Notes: generated by a model from the letters alone, not told the origin. 64,000 nt of DNA from an uncultured Alistipes sp. (GCA_944321765.1 CALUMQ010000024.1:40514-104513); one strand, 5' to 3'; positions 40,494 through 50,782 are shown, counted from the stretch's first letter. Numbers and translations: made by a program.

Positions 40494-40892
40494 ATGGCCC
40501 GGACCCTCGAAACACCCATTCAGATCCGCTTCTCGGACATCGACGCCTTCCAGCACGTGAACAACGTCTCGCAGCAGATGTATTTCGACATCGGCAAGAC
40601 GCAATACTACCGGGAGATACTCGGCGGGACGGACGTACTGCTCGGACAGCTGCGCATGGTTGCGGTCTCAACGGCATCCTCCTACCGGGGACAGATCCGC
40701 ATGAACGACGCCGTGCGCGTAACGACCACCTGCGAGCGGATCGGCACCAAGAGCATGACGCTCTTCCAGGAGCTGAAGGTCGGCGACGAGGTTCGCAGCG
40801 AGAGCCGTTCGGTCCTGGTGGCCTTCGATTTCGAGCGGCAGGAGAGCGTTCCCGTTCCGGATGCCTGGCGGGAGCGGATGCTCGCGGAGTAG
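40494..40892 (+). CDS. Acyl-CoA thioesterase (4HBT/YbgC hot-dog fold)
   Basis: IRFSDIDAFQHVNN, IGTKS, VPVPDAWR. Confidence 0.9.
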   Translation: MARTLETPIQIRFSDIDAFQHVNNVSQQMYFDIGKTQYYREILGGTDVLLGQLRMVAVSTASSYRGQIRMNDAVRVTTTCERIGTKSMTLFQELKVGDEVRSESRSVLVAFDFERQESVPVPDAWRERMLAE

Positions 40893-40899
40893 GACCGAG

Positions 40900-40946
40900 A
40901 AGCAGGATCGCGGAACGGGATCGCAAAGCAGGATCGCGGAACGGGA
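40900..40946 (+). repeat. 21-bp direct repeat (2 copies)
   Basis: aagcaggatcgcggaacggga at 40900-20 and 40926-46. Confidence 0.9.
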
Positions 40947-41017
40947 GAAAAGCACTCGAAAAGGAGTTGTCGGAGACAGAAAAAAGGTATCCGAGAAGAG
41001 TTCACGGGAGAAAAAGA

Positions 41018-41048
41018 TTTGGAATGCATGAAAAAAGTACTACATTTG
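41018..41048 (+). promoter_or_regulatory. sigma70 promoter
   Basis: TTTG 41018-21, 19-nt spacer, TACATTTG 41041-48. Confidence 0.65.
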
Positions 41049-41071
41049 TTCCGAATCTGAAAAACAAGCCC

Positions 41072-42022
41072 ATGAACCGAACGCGCTGCCGACTCTCTCC
41101 GCTGTCCCCGCTTTTCTCACTCTTGATACCGATGCTGCTGGCGCTGCCCGCACTTCCCTGCGACGCCCGCACCAACCGATCGGCTGCGGAGCCGTCCGTA
41201 CAGCCGACTCTCGAAGACGGGACACCCTGTTCCGACAACGGATTCCTGCCGGGGAGCGGCTCCGTCGATACGTTCCGCCCCGCAAACGCAGGCTCAACAT
41301 CCTCAACCGCCTCAGGCCTGTCCGTCCCGTTCGGCGCTTCGGCCCTTTCTGCCTCTTCTGCCGCCTCTGCCCGCCGCGGATTCGATCCGTGGCAAAGCAC
41401 GGACGAAATCACCCTCTCCATAGGCATGTTCATGCCAACCCGGGGCGAAGAGGGCGGAGCTCAGGAGAGCTATCGGCTCGACTACGCCTCCTTCGGATAC
41501 AACAACCTCGGATACCGCGTCGGAGCGCTCTTCACCCCTCAACTGCGAGGCATCGAAGGCTGCCTCGGCATCCCGGTGCAGTTCGTCTGGAGGTCCCGGC
41601 TCCGGGGACGCGAACGCTGGGCCGAGAACTGGCCCGAAGCCGCCGCCTCGACCATCGAGAATCGCGGCAACCCGCTGCCGGGCCTGCTCCTCATCCTGCT
41701 GCCGCAGCGCGTCGAGTTCGGCGGCGGTGTAACCCCGGGCTGGATCTTCGGGAAGGAGGACATCCACTCCTCGCGCACCCCCGCGGTCAACGACGGCAAA
41801 TGGTACGACGAGGGTATCCTCCGCCACCACCCCTTCACGCTCTCCATCGACGCGGAGATGCGGCTCACCTACCGCATCTGGCGCTTCACGCTCTCCGTTG
41901 CACCCGGCATTCATTACTACATCACCGACAACTTCCGCACCTACACGTCGTTCTCCGACCGGCGCGTCGATCCCGGACGCTGGTATTTCAGCCTCTACGG
42001 AGGGTTGGGATTCATGTTCTGA
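41072..42022 (+). CDS. Hypothetical outer-membrane beta-barrel protein with Ser/Ala-rich linker
   Basis: Signal peptide; alternating aromatic strands; C-terminal YGGLGFMF. Confidence 0.6.
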   Translation: MNRTRCRLSPLSPLFSLLIPMLLALPALPCDARTNRSAAEPSVQPTLEDGTPCSDNGFLPGSGSVDTFRPANAGSTSSTASGLSVPFGASALSASSAASARRGFDPWQSTDEITLSIGMFMPTRGEEGGAQESYRLDYASFGYNNLGYRVGALFTPQLRGIEGCLGIPVQFVWRSRLRGRERWAENWPEAAASTIENRGNPLPGLLLILLPQRVEFGGGVTPGWIFGKEDIHSSRTPAVNDGKWYDEGILRHHPFTLSIDAEMRLTYRIWRFTLSVAPGIHYYITDNFRTYTSFSDRRVDPGRWYFSLYGGLGFMF

Positions 42023-42160
42023 TTTTCCGGGGGGGGGCAACGGCTTCGTCCCCCATCTTCGGCCCGACGCCGATTCCTCTTCGATTCTTCGCCGACCGGA
42101 CTTCAATCCCCCTTCAAACGGAGCCGCCGGGACGGGGAAGCAGGCACCTCGTGCGGAGCG

Positions 42161-43570
42161 TCACTTCGACACCGGCTCCAGGCCGTGTTCGGCCGCCAGA
42201 CGCTCCATCAGCGCATGGGCCGCATCGTATTCGTTGGGAATCTCGCCGTCGAGAATGGCATTCTTGATCCGCTCCTTGATCTCGCCGATCACCCGGCACG
42301 GACCGATGCCGTAGGTCTGCATGATGATCTCACCCGTAATCGGCGGCTGGAAGTTGCGGATGCGGTCGCGCTCTTCGAGATCCTTCATCTTGCGCCGCAC
42401 CAGCTCGAAATTGGCCAGGTAACGCTTCACCTTGGCGTCGTTGGCCGAGGTGATGTCGGCCTCGCACAGCGTCATCAGGGCCTCCACGTCGTCGCCCGCC
42501 TCGAACAACAGCCGCCGTACGGCCGAATCGGTCACCAGATCCTCCGAGAGGATGATCGGCCGCAGGTGGAGGAAGACGAGTTTCTGCACGAACTTCATGT
42601 GTTCGTTGAGCGGCAGCTTCAGCCGCCGGAAGATCTCCGGGACCATCTTCGACCCGAGTGTCTCGTGTCCGTGGAACGTCCACCCCACACGGGGATCATA
42701 GGCCTTGGTCAGCGGTTTGGCAATGTCGTGCAGCAGCGCCGCCCAGCGCAGCCACAGATCCTGCGAACGGCGCGCCACGTTGTCCAGCACCTTGAGCGTG
42801 TGGACGAAGTTGTCCTTGTGGGCGTGCTGGCCGCGGCGCTCGACCCCCTTCAGGCGGTGCAGCTCGGGGAAGATGCGTTCGAGCAGCCCGGTCATTTCGA
42901 GCAGCTCGAAGCCCATCGACGGCACGGGCGAAAGCACGATCTTGTTCATCTCCACGATGATGCGTTCGCGCGAAACGATGCGGATGCGCTCGGCGTTGCG
43001 GACGATGGCGTCGAACGTCGCGGGCTCGATCGTAAAGCCCAGCTGCGCGGCGAAACGCACGGCCCGCATCATGCGCAGCGGGTCGTCGGAGAAGGTGATG
43101 TCGGGGTCGCACGGCGTACGGATGATGCACTCCTCGAGGTCCGACATGCCGTCGAACGGATCGACCAGCTCGCCGAACGTCGCGGCGTTGAGCGACCACG
43201 CCATGGCGTTGATCGTGAAGTCCCGCCGCCGCTGGTCGTCTTCGAGTGTCCCGGCCTCGACCTGCGGCTTGCGCGAGTCGCGCGTGTAGGACTCCTTCCG
43301 CGCCCCGACGAATTCGACCTCGATGCCCCCGGCGCGGACCATCGCCGTGCCGAAGGTCTTGAAGACCGAGACCTTCGAATGCACCTCGCGGCCCAAAGCC
43401 TCGGCAAGGGCGATGCCGCTGCCGACAACCACCACGTCGATGTCGGTCGACGGACGCCGCAGATAGTAGTCACGGACGTATCCGCCCACGACGAATGCCC
43501 GCACGCCCTGCTCGTCGGCCAGGCGCGAAATGCGGCGGAAGATGGGATCGGACAGCGGTGCGGGGGTCAC
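42161..43570 (-). CDS. cca: CCA tRNA nucleotidyltransferase with HD domain
   Basis: VGGYVRD..DIDVVV, RRDFTINA, DDPLRMMRA, LLHDIAK; GTG start overlapping upstream stop. Confidence 0.92.
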   Translation of the reverse strand: MTPAPLSDPIFRRISRLADEQGVRAFVVGGYVRDYYLRRPSTDIDVVVVGSGIALAEALGREVHSKVSVFKTFGTAMVRAGGIEVEFVGARKESYTRDSRKPQVEAGTLEDDQRRRDFTINAMAWSLNAATFGELVDPFDGMSDLEECIIRTPCDPDITFSDDPLRMMRAVRFAAQLGFTIEPATFDAIVRNAERIRIVSRERIIVEMNKIVLSPVPSMGFELLEMTGLLERIFPELHRLKGVERRGQHAHKDNFVHTLKVLDNVARRSQDLWLRWAALLHDIAKPLTKAYDPRVGWTFHGHETLGSKMVPEIFRRLKLPLNEHMKFVQKLVFLHLRPIILSEDLVTDSAVRRLLFEAGDDVEALMTLCEADITSANDAKVKRYLANFELVRRKMKDLEERDRIRNFQPPITGEIIMQTYGIGPCRVIGEIKERIKNAILDGEIPNEYDAAHALMERLAAEHGLEPVSK

Positions 43571-44214
43571 TTCACGTAGGGTTTGATGGTGTCACGCCAG
43601 ACCAGATACCCCGCACCCATCAGGTGCAGGCCGTCGTTCGTATAGCGCTTGTCGAGGCGCCCCTTGTCATCGGCCAGAGCTCCCCACACATTGAGATAGG
43701 TCACTCCCTTCTCGTCGCACAGCGCTTCGAGAAGTTTGTTCGTGGGGACGATCTCTCCGCCATGGGCGTAGTGATCGGGATACTTCGAGAAGTCGTCGCC
43801 GTTGACCGGCAGGATGCTCTGCACGTAGATCTTCGTCCACTTCGATTCGGTCTGGAAACGGTCGATCAGCCGTGCAACGTCGGCAACGACCTGCTCCGGG
43901 GTCATGCCGCCCGCCAGGTCGTTGATCCCGATCATCAGGAAGAGCTTCCGCGGGTGTCCCGCGATAATGGGATCGAGCCGTTCGAGCAGCCACGCCGTAC
44001 GGTCGGCACGGATGCCGCGGTTCTTGACGTGGCGGTTGTCGAAGAGTTCGCTCCACTCGCATCCGTCGGTGATGCTGTTCCCCAGAAAGACGATGTCGCT
44101 CGAACAGATCGGCAGCACCTCGAAGAGCGAACTGCGCTGATAGTGGTATTCGCCCTGGGCGAAAGCGCCGCCTGAGAGCACCAGCGCGGCGAGAAGAGTC
44201 ACGAAACGTTTCAT
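43567..44214 (-). CDS. GDSL/SGNH esterase
   Basis: FLGNSIT, NRGI, GIND, DGLH; signal peptide. Confidence 0.9.
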   Translation of the reverse strand: MKRFVTLLAALVLSGGAFAQGEYHYQRSSLFEVLPICSSDIVFLGNSITDGCEWSELFDNRHVKNRGIRADRTAWLLERLDPIIAGHPRKLFLMIGINDLAGGMTPEQVVADVARLIDRFQTESKWTKIYVQSILPVNGDDFSKYPDHYAHGGEIVPTNKLLEALCDEKGVTYLNVWGALADDKGRLDKRYTNDGLHLMGAGYLVWRDTIKPYVK

Positions 44215-44229
44215 GGCGTACGGAAAGAT

Positions 44230-44946
44230 TTACAGAATCAGTTCGCGCCGGTAGAGCTGCACGGTGTTCTCCAGTCCGTAGTAGAGCGCGTCGCAGATCA
44301 GCGCATGGCCGATCGACGTCTCGTCGAGCCACGGAATCCGCGTGACGAAATAGTGGAGGTTCACCAGCGAAAGGTCGTGTCCGGCGTTGAGTCCCAGCCC
44401 CTGGCGGCGGGCCTCCTCGGCAGCCGCGACGTAGGGGGCGACGGCCTGCTCGGGGCTTGTCGGGTATTCGCGGGCGTAAGCTTCGGTATAGAGCTCCACG
44501 CGGTCGGCGCCGCACGCCTTCGCCCCGGCCACCATCGCGGGCTGCGGGTCGACGAAGATCGAGACCCGGATGCCGGCAGCATGGAACCGCGCGGTGACGT
44601 CGGTCAGGAAGGCCCGGTTGGCCAGCGTATCCCACCCGGCGTTCGACGTCACGGCGTCGGGAGCGTCGGGCACGAGCGTCACCTGTGCCGGAACGACCTC
44701 CGTCACCAGATCGATGAAGCTCGGAATGGGGTTGCCCTCGACGTTGAGTTCGGTCGTCAGCACCCGCTTCAGCGCCCGCACGTCATCGTAACGGATGTGG
44801 CGCGCGTCGGGACGCGGATGCACCGTGATGCCGTCGGCGCCGAAACGCTCGATGTCCTGCGCCGCACGCACCACGTCGGGAAGATTGCCGCCGCGGGAGT
44901 TGCGCACCACGGCGATCTTATTGATGTTTACGCTCAACTTTGTCAT
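44230..44946 (-). CDS. pdxJ: Pyridoxine 5'-phosphate synthase
   Basis: [40 protein letters not shown]. Confidence 0.96.
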   Translation of the reverse strand: MTKLSVNINKIAVVRNSRGGNLPDVVRAAQDIERFGADGITVHPRPDARHIRYDDVRALKRVLTTELNVEGNPIPSFIDLVTEVVPAQVTLVPDAPDAVTSNAGWDTLANRAFLTDVTARFHAAGIRVSIFVDPQPAMVAGAKACGADRVELYTEAYAREYPTSPEQAVAPYVAAAEEARRQGLGLNAGHDLSLVNLHYFVTRIPWLDETSIGHALICDALYYGLENTVQLYRRELIL

Positions 44947-45063
44947 AAAATCCTTATCTTTGTTGCGGTCTGCCCGAGCGATGCGCGACACGCCGCATAC
45001 GGACGAGGATCGCGCAGGTCGCTACGGCGTGGTAAAGTTACGTATTTTTTCGAAACTCCGCCG

Positions 45064-45942
45064 ATGAAAGTTCTACTTTTTTCCCGTCCGCAGGTGGCTC
45101 ACACCGCGGAGGAGATCCGACAGTTGTTCGAAGCCTTCGGGCTCTTCGGATTCGATTATGCCGTCAACGAGGAGTTTGTCCCCGTTATCCGGGAGCTGAC
45201 CGGCATGGAGCTTCCGGCCGACAGGATCTACGGTCACCGCACGGGCGAACAACCCGCCGGGACGGTCATGGTCTGCTACGGCGGCGACGGAACGCTGCTC
45301 GACGGAGTGCAGCGCCTCGACGGCGCCCCGATTCCGGTGCTGGGCATCAACGCCGGGCATCTGGGATTCCTCACCAGCGCCCCGAACAAGGGGCTGGAGA
45401 CGATCTTCCGCGAAATTGCCTCCGGAGCGATCTCCACCGAGCCCCGGACGATGCTGCGCGTCGAGGGCGACTTCCCGTCGCGTCCCGACTCGCTGCTGGC
45501 CCTCAACGAATTCGCCGTGCAGCGCCACAGCGCCGGAATGATCTCCGTGGAGGCCTACGTCGACAACCAGATGGTCGCCACCTACCACGGCGACGGCGTC
45601 ATCGTCTCGACCCCCACCGGCTCGACGGCCTATTCGCTCAGCGCCGGAGGGCCCGTCGTGGCTCCGGCATGCCAGTGCCTGATCATCTCGCCCCTGGCCC
45701 CGCACAACCTCACGATGCGCCCGGTGGTGATTCCCGACACGAGCGTCATCACGCTGCGCGTCGACATGCGCCGCTCGGACGCCTTCGTCACCCTCGACAA
45801 CCGCACCTACCCCCTCTCGCGCAGCGCGACGTTTACCGTCCGGCGGGCCAAACAGACGGTTTTTCTTGCCGTTCCGCACAATATATCGTTTTACGACACG
45901 TTACGCAATAAGATGATGTGGGGAATCGACATCCGCAGTTGA
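45064..45942 (+). CDS. nadK: NAD kinase
   Basis: GGDGTLL, GINAGHLGFL, ALNE, DGVIVSTPTGSTAYSLSAGGP. Confidence 0.95.
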   Translation: MKVLLFSRPQVAHTAEEIRQLFEAFGLFGFDYAVNEEFVPVIRELTGMELPADRIYGHRTGEQPAGTVMVCYGGDGTLLDGVQRLDGAPIPVLGINAGHLGFLTSAPNKGLETIFREIASGAISTEPRTMLRVEGDFPSRPDSLLALNEFAVQRHSAGMISVEAYVDNQMVATYHGDGVIVSTPTGSTAYSLSAGGPVVAPACQCLIISPLAPHNLTMRPVVIPDTSVITLRVDMRRSDAFVTLDNRTYPLSRSATFTVRRAKQTVFLAVPHNISFYDTLRNKMMWGIDIRS

Positions 45943-45992
45943 TCCCGCGACTTTAAAATTGCAAATTCCGCCCGAAATATAGAATTTTTACC

Positions 45993-46000
45993 TATATTTG
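45993..46000 (+). promoter_or_regulatory. -7 box TATATTTG immediately upstream of uppS
   Basis: Ends 8 nt before ATG 46009. Confidence 0.55.
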
Positions 46001-46008
46001 TGCCCTAT

Positions 46009-46725
46009 ATGAGCGATCAGAAACGCATACCTCAACACGTCGCCATCATCATGGACGGCAACGGCCGCTGGGCCGAAATGCGTGGCAAGGAGCGCAGCGA
46101 AGGCCATATCGCCGGGGTAGAACCCGTGCGGCGTTCGCTGCGGGCCGCCGTGCGTCACGGGGTGAAGTTCCTGACGCTCTACGCCTTCTCGACCGAGAAC
46201 TGGGGACGCCCCACCGCCGAGGTCGATGCCCTGATGGAGCTCTTCTGCCAAAGCGTGGTCAACGAAACGCCCGAGCTCGTCCGCCAGGGTGTCGAGATCC
46301 GCATGATCGGTGACCGCTCGCGCTTCTCGCCGAAGGTGCAGGAGCACCTCGCGCGGGCCGAACGGCAAACCGCCAGGGGAGAGACCCTGACGCTGATCCT
46401 CGCGCTCAACTACTCCTCGCGCGACGAAATCACGCGCGCCGTGCGGCACATCGCCCGACAGGCGGCCGACGGAGCCATCGTCCCGGAGCAGATCGACGAA
46501 CGGACCATCTGCGAAGCGCTCGATACGGCGGCGTTCCCCGACCCCGACCTGATCATCCGCACCAGCGGCGAGCAGCGTCTGAGCAACTTCCTGCTCTGGC
46601 AGGCCTCCTACGCCGAACTGTGGTTCCCCGAGGTGCTGTGGCCCGATTTTACCGAGGAGGATTTCGACCGCGCCATGGAGGAGTATGCCCGCCGCGACCG
46701 CCGCTTCGGGCTGGTAAGTAAATGA
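46009..46725 (+). CDS. uppS: Undecaprenyl diphosphate synthase
   Basis: HVAIIMDGNGRWA, YAFSTENW, IRTSGEQRLSNFLLWQ. Confidence 0.96.
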   Translation: MSDQKRIPQHVAIIMDGNGRWAEMRGKERSEGHIAGVEPVRRSLRAAVRHGVKFLTLYAFSTENWGRPTAEVDALMELFCQSVVNETPELVRQGVEIRMIGDRSRFSPKVQEHLARAERQTARGETLTLILALNYSSRDEITRAVRHIARQAADGAIVPEQIDERTICEALDTAAFPDPDLIIRTSGEQRLSNFLLWQASYAELWFPEVLWPDFTEEDFDRAMEEYARRDRRFGLVSK

Positions 46726-46748
46726 AGTACAGATTAGACTTGTTATAG

Positions 46749-49331
46749 ATGAACTATTCCGGTAAGATATTCACGGCAGCCGCAGCCCTCGTGCTGTGCT
46801 ACGCGAATATATTCGCCCAGGAGCCCGAGGCCCAGGATTCGACGGCCGCTCCCAAACCCGCATTTCCCGCAGACGCCCCGATGTTCAAGGCCTCGGAGAC
46901 CCCGAAGCGCTACTACATCCGCGACATTCAGATCCACGGGGTCAAGTTCCTCAATCCGGAGATTCTCAAATCCTCCTCGGGACTCATCGAAGGGGATTCG
47001 ATCTATCTGCCCAGCGACTTCATCTCCAACGCCATTTCGCGTCTGTGGAGCCAGCGGGTCTTCTCCGACGTGAAGATCGGCGCCGACATCGACGGCGACA
47101 GCCTCGACCTGGAGGTCTTCCTCGAGGAGCGTCCACGCGTCTACAGCTGGAAATTCGAGGGCATTTCCAAGGGCAAGCAGAAGGATCTGCTCGAGAAACT
47201 CAAGCTCAAGCGGGGCAGCGAACTCTCGGACTACGTCATCGACAAGAACAAGAAACTCATCAAGAACTACTGGGCCGAGAAGGGATTCCGCAACACGGAG
47301 GTCGACGTACGCATCGACAACGACACCCTGCGCCCGGGCCACGCCGTGGATGTCACCTTCCTGATCGACCGCAAGGAGCGTGTCAAGATCGGGGCGATCA
47401 ACTTCTCGGGCAACGAGCAGTTCACCGACAAACGGCTGCGCCGCACCTTCAAGAAGACACACCAGAAATCGCTCAACTTCTTCAAGAGCACGAAACTCAA
47501 CGAGTCGGACTATGAGGCCGACAAGGAGCTGCTGATCGACTTCTACAACTCGAAGGGATACCGCAACGCCAACATCGTGCGCGACTCGATCTACGCGATC
47601 AACTCCAAGCGGATCGGCATCGACATCGATGTCTCCGAAGGCAACAAGTACTACATCCGCGACGTGTCATGGGTCGGCAACTCGGTCTACACGACCGAGA
47701 ACCTGCAAAGCATGTTCGGCGTCAAGAAGGGCGATACCTACGACAAGAAGTCGATGTACAAGCGCCTGGGTATCGGCAAGGAGGCCAACCCCGAAGAGAT
47801 GTCCGTCTCGTCGCTCTACCAGAACGAGGGATACCTCATGTCGCAGATCGACCCCGCCGAGACGATCATCGGCGCCGACTCGATCGACATCGAGGTGAAG
47901 ATCTTCGAGGGCAAGCAGTTTACCATCAACGAGGTGGGAATCTCGGGCAACCAGCGTGTCGACGACGAGGTGATCCGCCGCGAAATCTATACCCGTCCGG
48001 GCGAGCTCTACAACCGCTCGCTGCTCATGCAGACCATCCGTACGCTCGGATCGATGGGCCATTTCAACGCCGAGACCATCATGCCCGACATCCAGCCGGT
48101 GTCGAACGAACTGGTCGACGTCAACTGGCCGCTGGAGGAGACCGCCTCGGACCAGTTCAACATCGCCGGTGGCTGGGGCTCGGGAACCTTCGTAGGGTCC
48201 GTGGGCATCACGCTCAACAACCTTTCGGTCAAGAATTTCTTCAAGAAGGGCGCCTGGCGTCCCTACCCCATGGGACAGAACCAGCGGCTCTCGATCTCGG
48301 CCCAGACCAACGGTACCTACTACAAGGCCTTTGCCTTCAGTTTCACCGATCCCTGGCTCGGAGGCCGCAAGCCCAACTCGTTCACCGTCTCGGCGCACAT
48401 CTCCGAGCAGAACAACGCCTACTACTTCTACCAGACCGCCACGCAGTACTTCCGCACCTACGGAGTGGCCGCCGGTCTGGGCAAGCGTCTCAACTGGCCC
48501 GACCCCTACTTCACCTTCTATGCCGAGGCAAGCTATGAACGCTACTCGCTCAAGGACTGGTCTACGTTCGTGATGACGAACGGCGCCGCGAACCTTCTCT
48601 CGCTCAGACTCGTGCTCTCGCGCAACTCCGTCGATCAGCCCATCTATCCGCGCCGCGGTTCGGAGTTCACCGCCTCGGTGCAGGCCACGCTCCCCTATTC
48701 GCTCTGGGACGGCAAGGACTACAAACGCCTCGGAGAGATTGCCGACGGTTCGGGTTACACCTCCGCCCAGCAGGAGATCGCCAACCAGGAGCGCTACCGC
48801 TGGGTAGAGTTCCACAAGTGGCAGTTCAAGGCGCAGTGGTTCCAGGGCTTCCTGAAGAACTCGAACCTCGTGCTGATGCTCAAGGCCGAGATGGGCTACC
48901 TGGGCAGCTACAACAAATACAAGGTCTCGCCCTTCGAACGCTATGAGGTCGGCGGCGACGGCATGTCGGGATACAACATCTACGGTATCGACATCATCGG
49001 CATGCGCGGTTACGAGGACGGCGCCCTCGACCCCTCGAACAACTATTCCCGCGGATACAACAAGTACACCGCCGAGCTGCGTTATCCCGTGATTCTGAAA
49101 CCCTCGTCGCAGATCTACGTCCTCGGATTCCTCGAGGGCGGTAACGCCTTCAACTCGTGGAAGGACTTCTCTCCCTTCAAGATCAAGCGTGCGGCAGGTT
49201 TCGGCGTGCGGCTCTACCTCCCGGTAGTGGGTATGCTCGGCATCGACTGGGGTTACGGATTCGATCCCCCCGCCAACTCCACGACCAAGAGCGGCAGCCA
49301 GTTCCACTTCGTTCTCGGACAGCAGTTCTGA
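46749..49331 (+). CDS. bamA: Outer membrane protein assembly factor BamA
   Basis: POTRA repeats, MRGY motif, ELRYP, C-terminal FVLGQQF; uppS-bamA-skp context. Confidence 0.95.
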   Translation: MNYSGKIFTAAAALVLCYANIFAQEPEAQDSTAAPKPAFPADAPMFKASETPKRYYIRDIQIHGVKFLNPEILKSSSGLIEGDSIYLPSDFISNAISRLWSQRVFSDVKIGADIDGDSLDLEVFLEERPRVYSWKFEGISKGKQKDLLEKLKLKRGSELSDYVIDKNKKLIKNYWAEKGFRNTEVDVRIDNDTLRPGHAVDVTFLIDRKERVKIGAINFSGNEQFTDKRLRRTFKKTHQKSLNFFKSTKLNESDYEADKELLIDFYNSKGYRNANIVRDSIYAINSKRIGIDIDVSEGNKYYIRDVSWVGNSVYTTENLQSMFGVKKGDTYDKKSMYKRLGIGKEANPEEMSVSSLYQNEGYLMSQIDPAETIIGADSIDIEVKIFEGKQFTINEVGISGNQRVDDEVIRREIYTRPGELYNRSLLMQTIRTLGSMGHFNAETIMPDIQPVSNELVDVNWPLEETASDQFNIAGGWGSGTFVGSVGITLNNLSVKNFFKKGAWRPYPMGQNQRLSISAQTNGTYYKAFAFSFTDPWLGGRKPNSFTVSAHISEQNNAYYFYQTATQYFRTYGVAAGLGKRLNWPDPYFTFYAEASYERYSLKDWSTFVMTNGAANLLSLRLVLSRNSVDQPIYPRRGSEFTASVQATLPYSLWDGKDYKRLGEIADGSGYTSAQQEIANQERYRWVEFHKWQFKAQWFQGFLKNSNLVLMLKAEMGYLGSYNKYKVSPFERYEVGGDGMSGYNIYGIDIIGMRGYEDGALDPSNNYSRGYNKYTAELRYPVILKPSSQIYVLGFLEGGNAFNSWKDFSPFKIKRAAGFGVRLYLPVVGMLGIDWGYGFDPPANSTTKSGSQFHFVLGQQF

Positions 49332-49341
49332 CGTCCGGGCA

Positions 49342-49481
49342 ACCGAGGAGGGGAGGGGCCGTGACCGAGGAGGGGAGGGGCCGTGACCGAGAGGGGGCGT
49401 GACCGAGGGGCGGCAACCCGAGGGGGCGGCAACCGAAGAGAGTCTGGTGCTCTGGGCCGACAAGCCGACAAGCCGACAAGC
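49342..49481 (+). repeat. Degenerate G-rich tandem repeat array plus (gccgacaa)x3
   Basis: accgaggaggggaggggccgtg x2 (49342-85), then decaying accga-G4/5 units; gccgacaa x3 at 49456-79. Confidence 0.9.
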
Positions 49482-49548
49482 AGGCCAAATGAAGAGGAGG
49501 TGTCCGGAAAGATGTCTGTCCGAACTTCCCGGAGCCCTGTGGGAGAGG

Positions 49549-49580
49549 ATTGATTTCTCCCTCTCGTGGCAATAAATTTG
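49549..49580 (+). promoter_or_regulatory. Possible promoter for skp genes
   Basis: ATTG, 20-nt spacer, TAAATTTG 49573-80. Confidence 0.45.
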
Positions 49581-49659
49581 GAAGAAAAGAGTTATATTTA
49601 CAAAACCATTTCCCGGAAACGGGTCCATGGAGAAGTAAAACTAAAAAAACATCAGTACC

Positions 49660-50166
49660 ATGAAACGGTTGATTTTGCTTGCAGCCCTTCTGCTGACGGC
49701 CGGAGCCATCTCCGCGCAGAACTACATAATCGTCAACAGCGAAAAGGTCTTCAAATCGCTCGATACCTATAACACGGCCATCTCCTCGCTCGATGAACTG
49801 GCCAAACAGTATCAATCCGAGGTGGACGCCAAGTTCGAGGCAATCGAGAAACTCTACAATACCTATCAGAGCCAGAAGGCATCGCTCTCGGCGTCATCCC
49901 GTCAGGCGCGCGAAAACGAGATCCTCTCCAAGGAGAAAGAGGCTCAGGAGTATCAGGAGAGCCTCTTCGGACAGGAGGGCGAGCTGATGAAGAAACGCCT
50001 CGAGCTGATCCAGCCGATCCAGAAACAGGTCTTCGACACCATCGAGGCCTACGCCAAGGAGGTTGGAGCCGACCTGGTGATCGACTCGTCGAACAACCCC
50101 ACGCTGCTCTACACCAACCCCGCCATCGAACGCACCCAGCAGGTGATCGACGCCCTGAAGCAGTGA
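49660..50166 (+). CDS. skp: OmpH/Skp periplasmic chaperone (copy 1)
   Basis: Signal peptide, VNSEKVF, LFGQEGEL, LIQPIQ; follows bamA. Confidence 0.9.
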   Translation: MKRLILLAALLLTAGAISAQNYIIVNSEKVFKSLDTYNTAISSLDELAKQYQSEVDAKFEAIEKLYNTYQSQKASLSASSRQARENEILSKEKEAQEYQESLFGQEGELMKKRLELIQPIQKQVFDTIEAYAKEVGADLVIDSSNNPTLLYTNPAIERTQQVIDALKQ

Positions 50167-50218
50167 TTCCACGCCACGAAACATCAAAATATTAACTGTA
50201 AATATCTACCACTCTGTT

Positions 50219-50782
50219 ATGATGAAAAAAACTCTCAAGTTGGCCCTCGCAGCCGTATTGATGCTGGGGTCCTCGTCGCTGTTCGCACAGAAGTTCGGAC
50301 GCATCAACACTCAGGAGATCATCATGTCGATGCCTGAGACCAAGACGATGCAGACCAACATGGAAGCCTTCGGGAAAGAGCTTCAGGACAACATCGAGAC
50401 CATGAACGTGGAGTTCAACACCAAGTTCCAGGATTACCAGAAGAACCTCAACACCTATACGGATACCGTCCGTGAGATGAAGGAGCGGGAGCTGCAGGAT
50501 CTGCAGGGCCGCATCCGGGAGTTCCAGGAGCGTGCACAGCAGGACTACCAGAAGAAGTCCGACGAACTCCTCTCCCCGATTATCCAGAAGGCCAAGGAGG
50601 CTATCGACAAGGTTTCGGTGGCCGGAGGTTACATGTTCGTCTTCGACACCTCGACCGGTTCGCTGGCCTATTTCAACGAGACGACGCTGACCGATATCGC
50701 ACCGGAGGTGAAGAAGGAGCTCGGAATCACCGATACGCCCGAAGCCGCCGCAGCGACGACCACTCCCGCCGCTGCTGAATAA
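50219..50782 (+). CDS. skp: OmpH/Skp periplasmic chaperone (copy 2)
   Basis: AQKFGRINTQEI..MPE, LLSPI, DIAPEVKKELG. Confidence 0.9.
   Translation: MMKKTLKLALAAVLMLGSSSLFAQKFGRINTQEIIMSMPETKTMQTNMEAFGKELQDNIETMNVEFNTKFQDYQKNLNTYTDTVREMKERELQDLQGRIREFQERAQQDYQKKSDELLSPIIQKAKEAIDKVSVAGGYMFVFDTSTGSLAYFNETTLTDIAPEVKKELGITDTPEAAAATTTPAAAE

Noticed and set aside
40900-40946. 21-bp direct repeat as att site or target-site duplication
   Set aside because: Copies are only 5 nt apart, with no integrase or cargo; more likely local slippage
42029-42037. G9 homopolymer as a phase-variation site
   Set aside because: Lies downstream of a stop codon between convergent genes, not in a CDS or promoter
49342-49440. 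Possible CRISPR mini-array
   Set aside because: Units are adjacent with no unique spacers; no cas genes in the window
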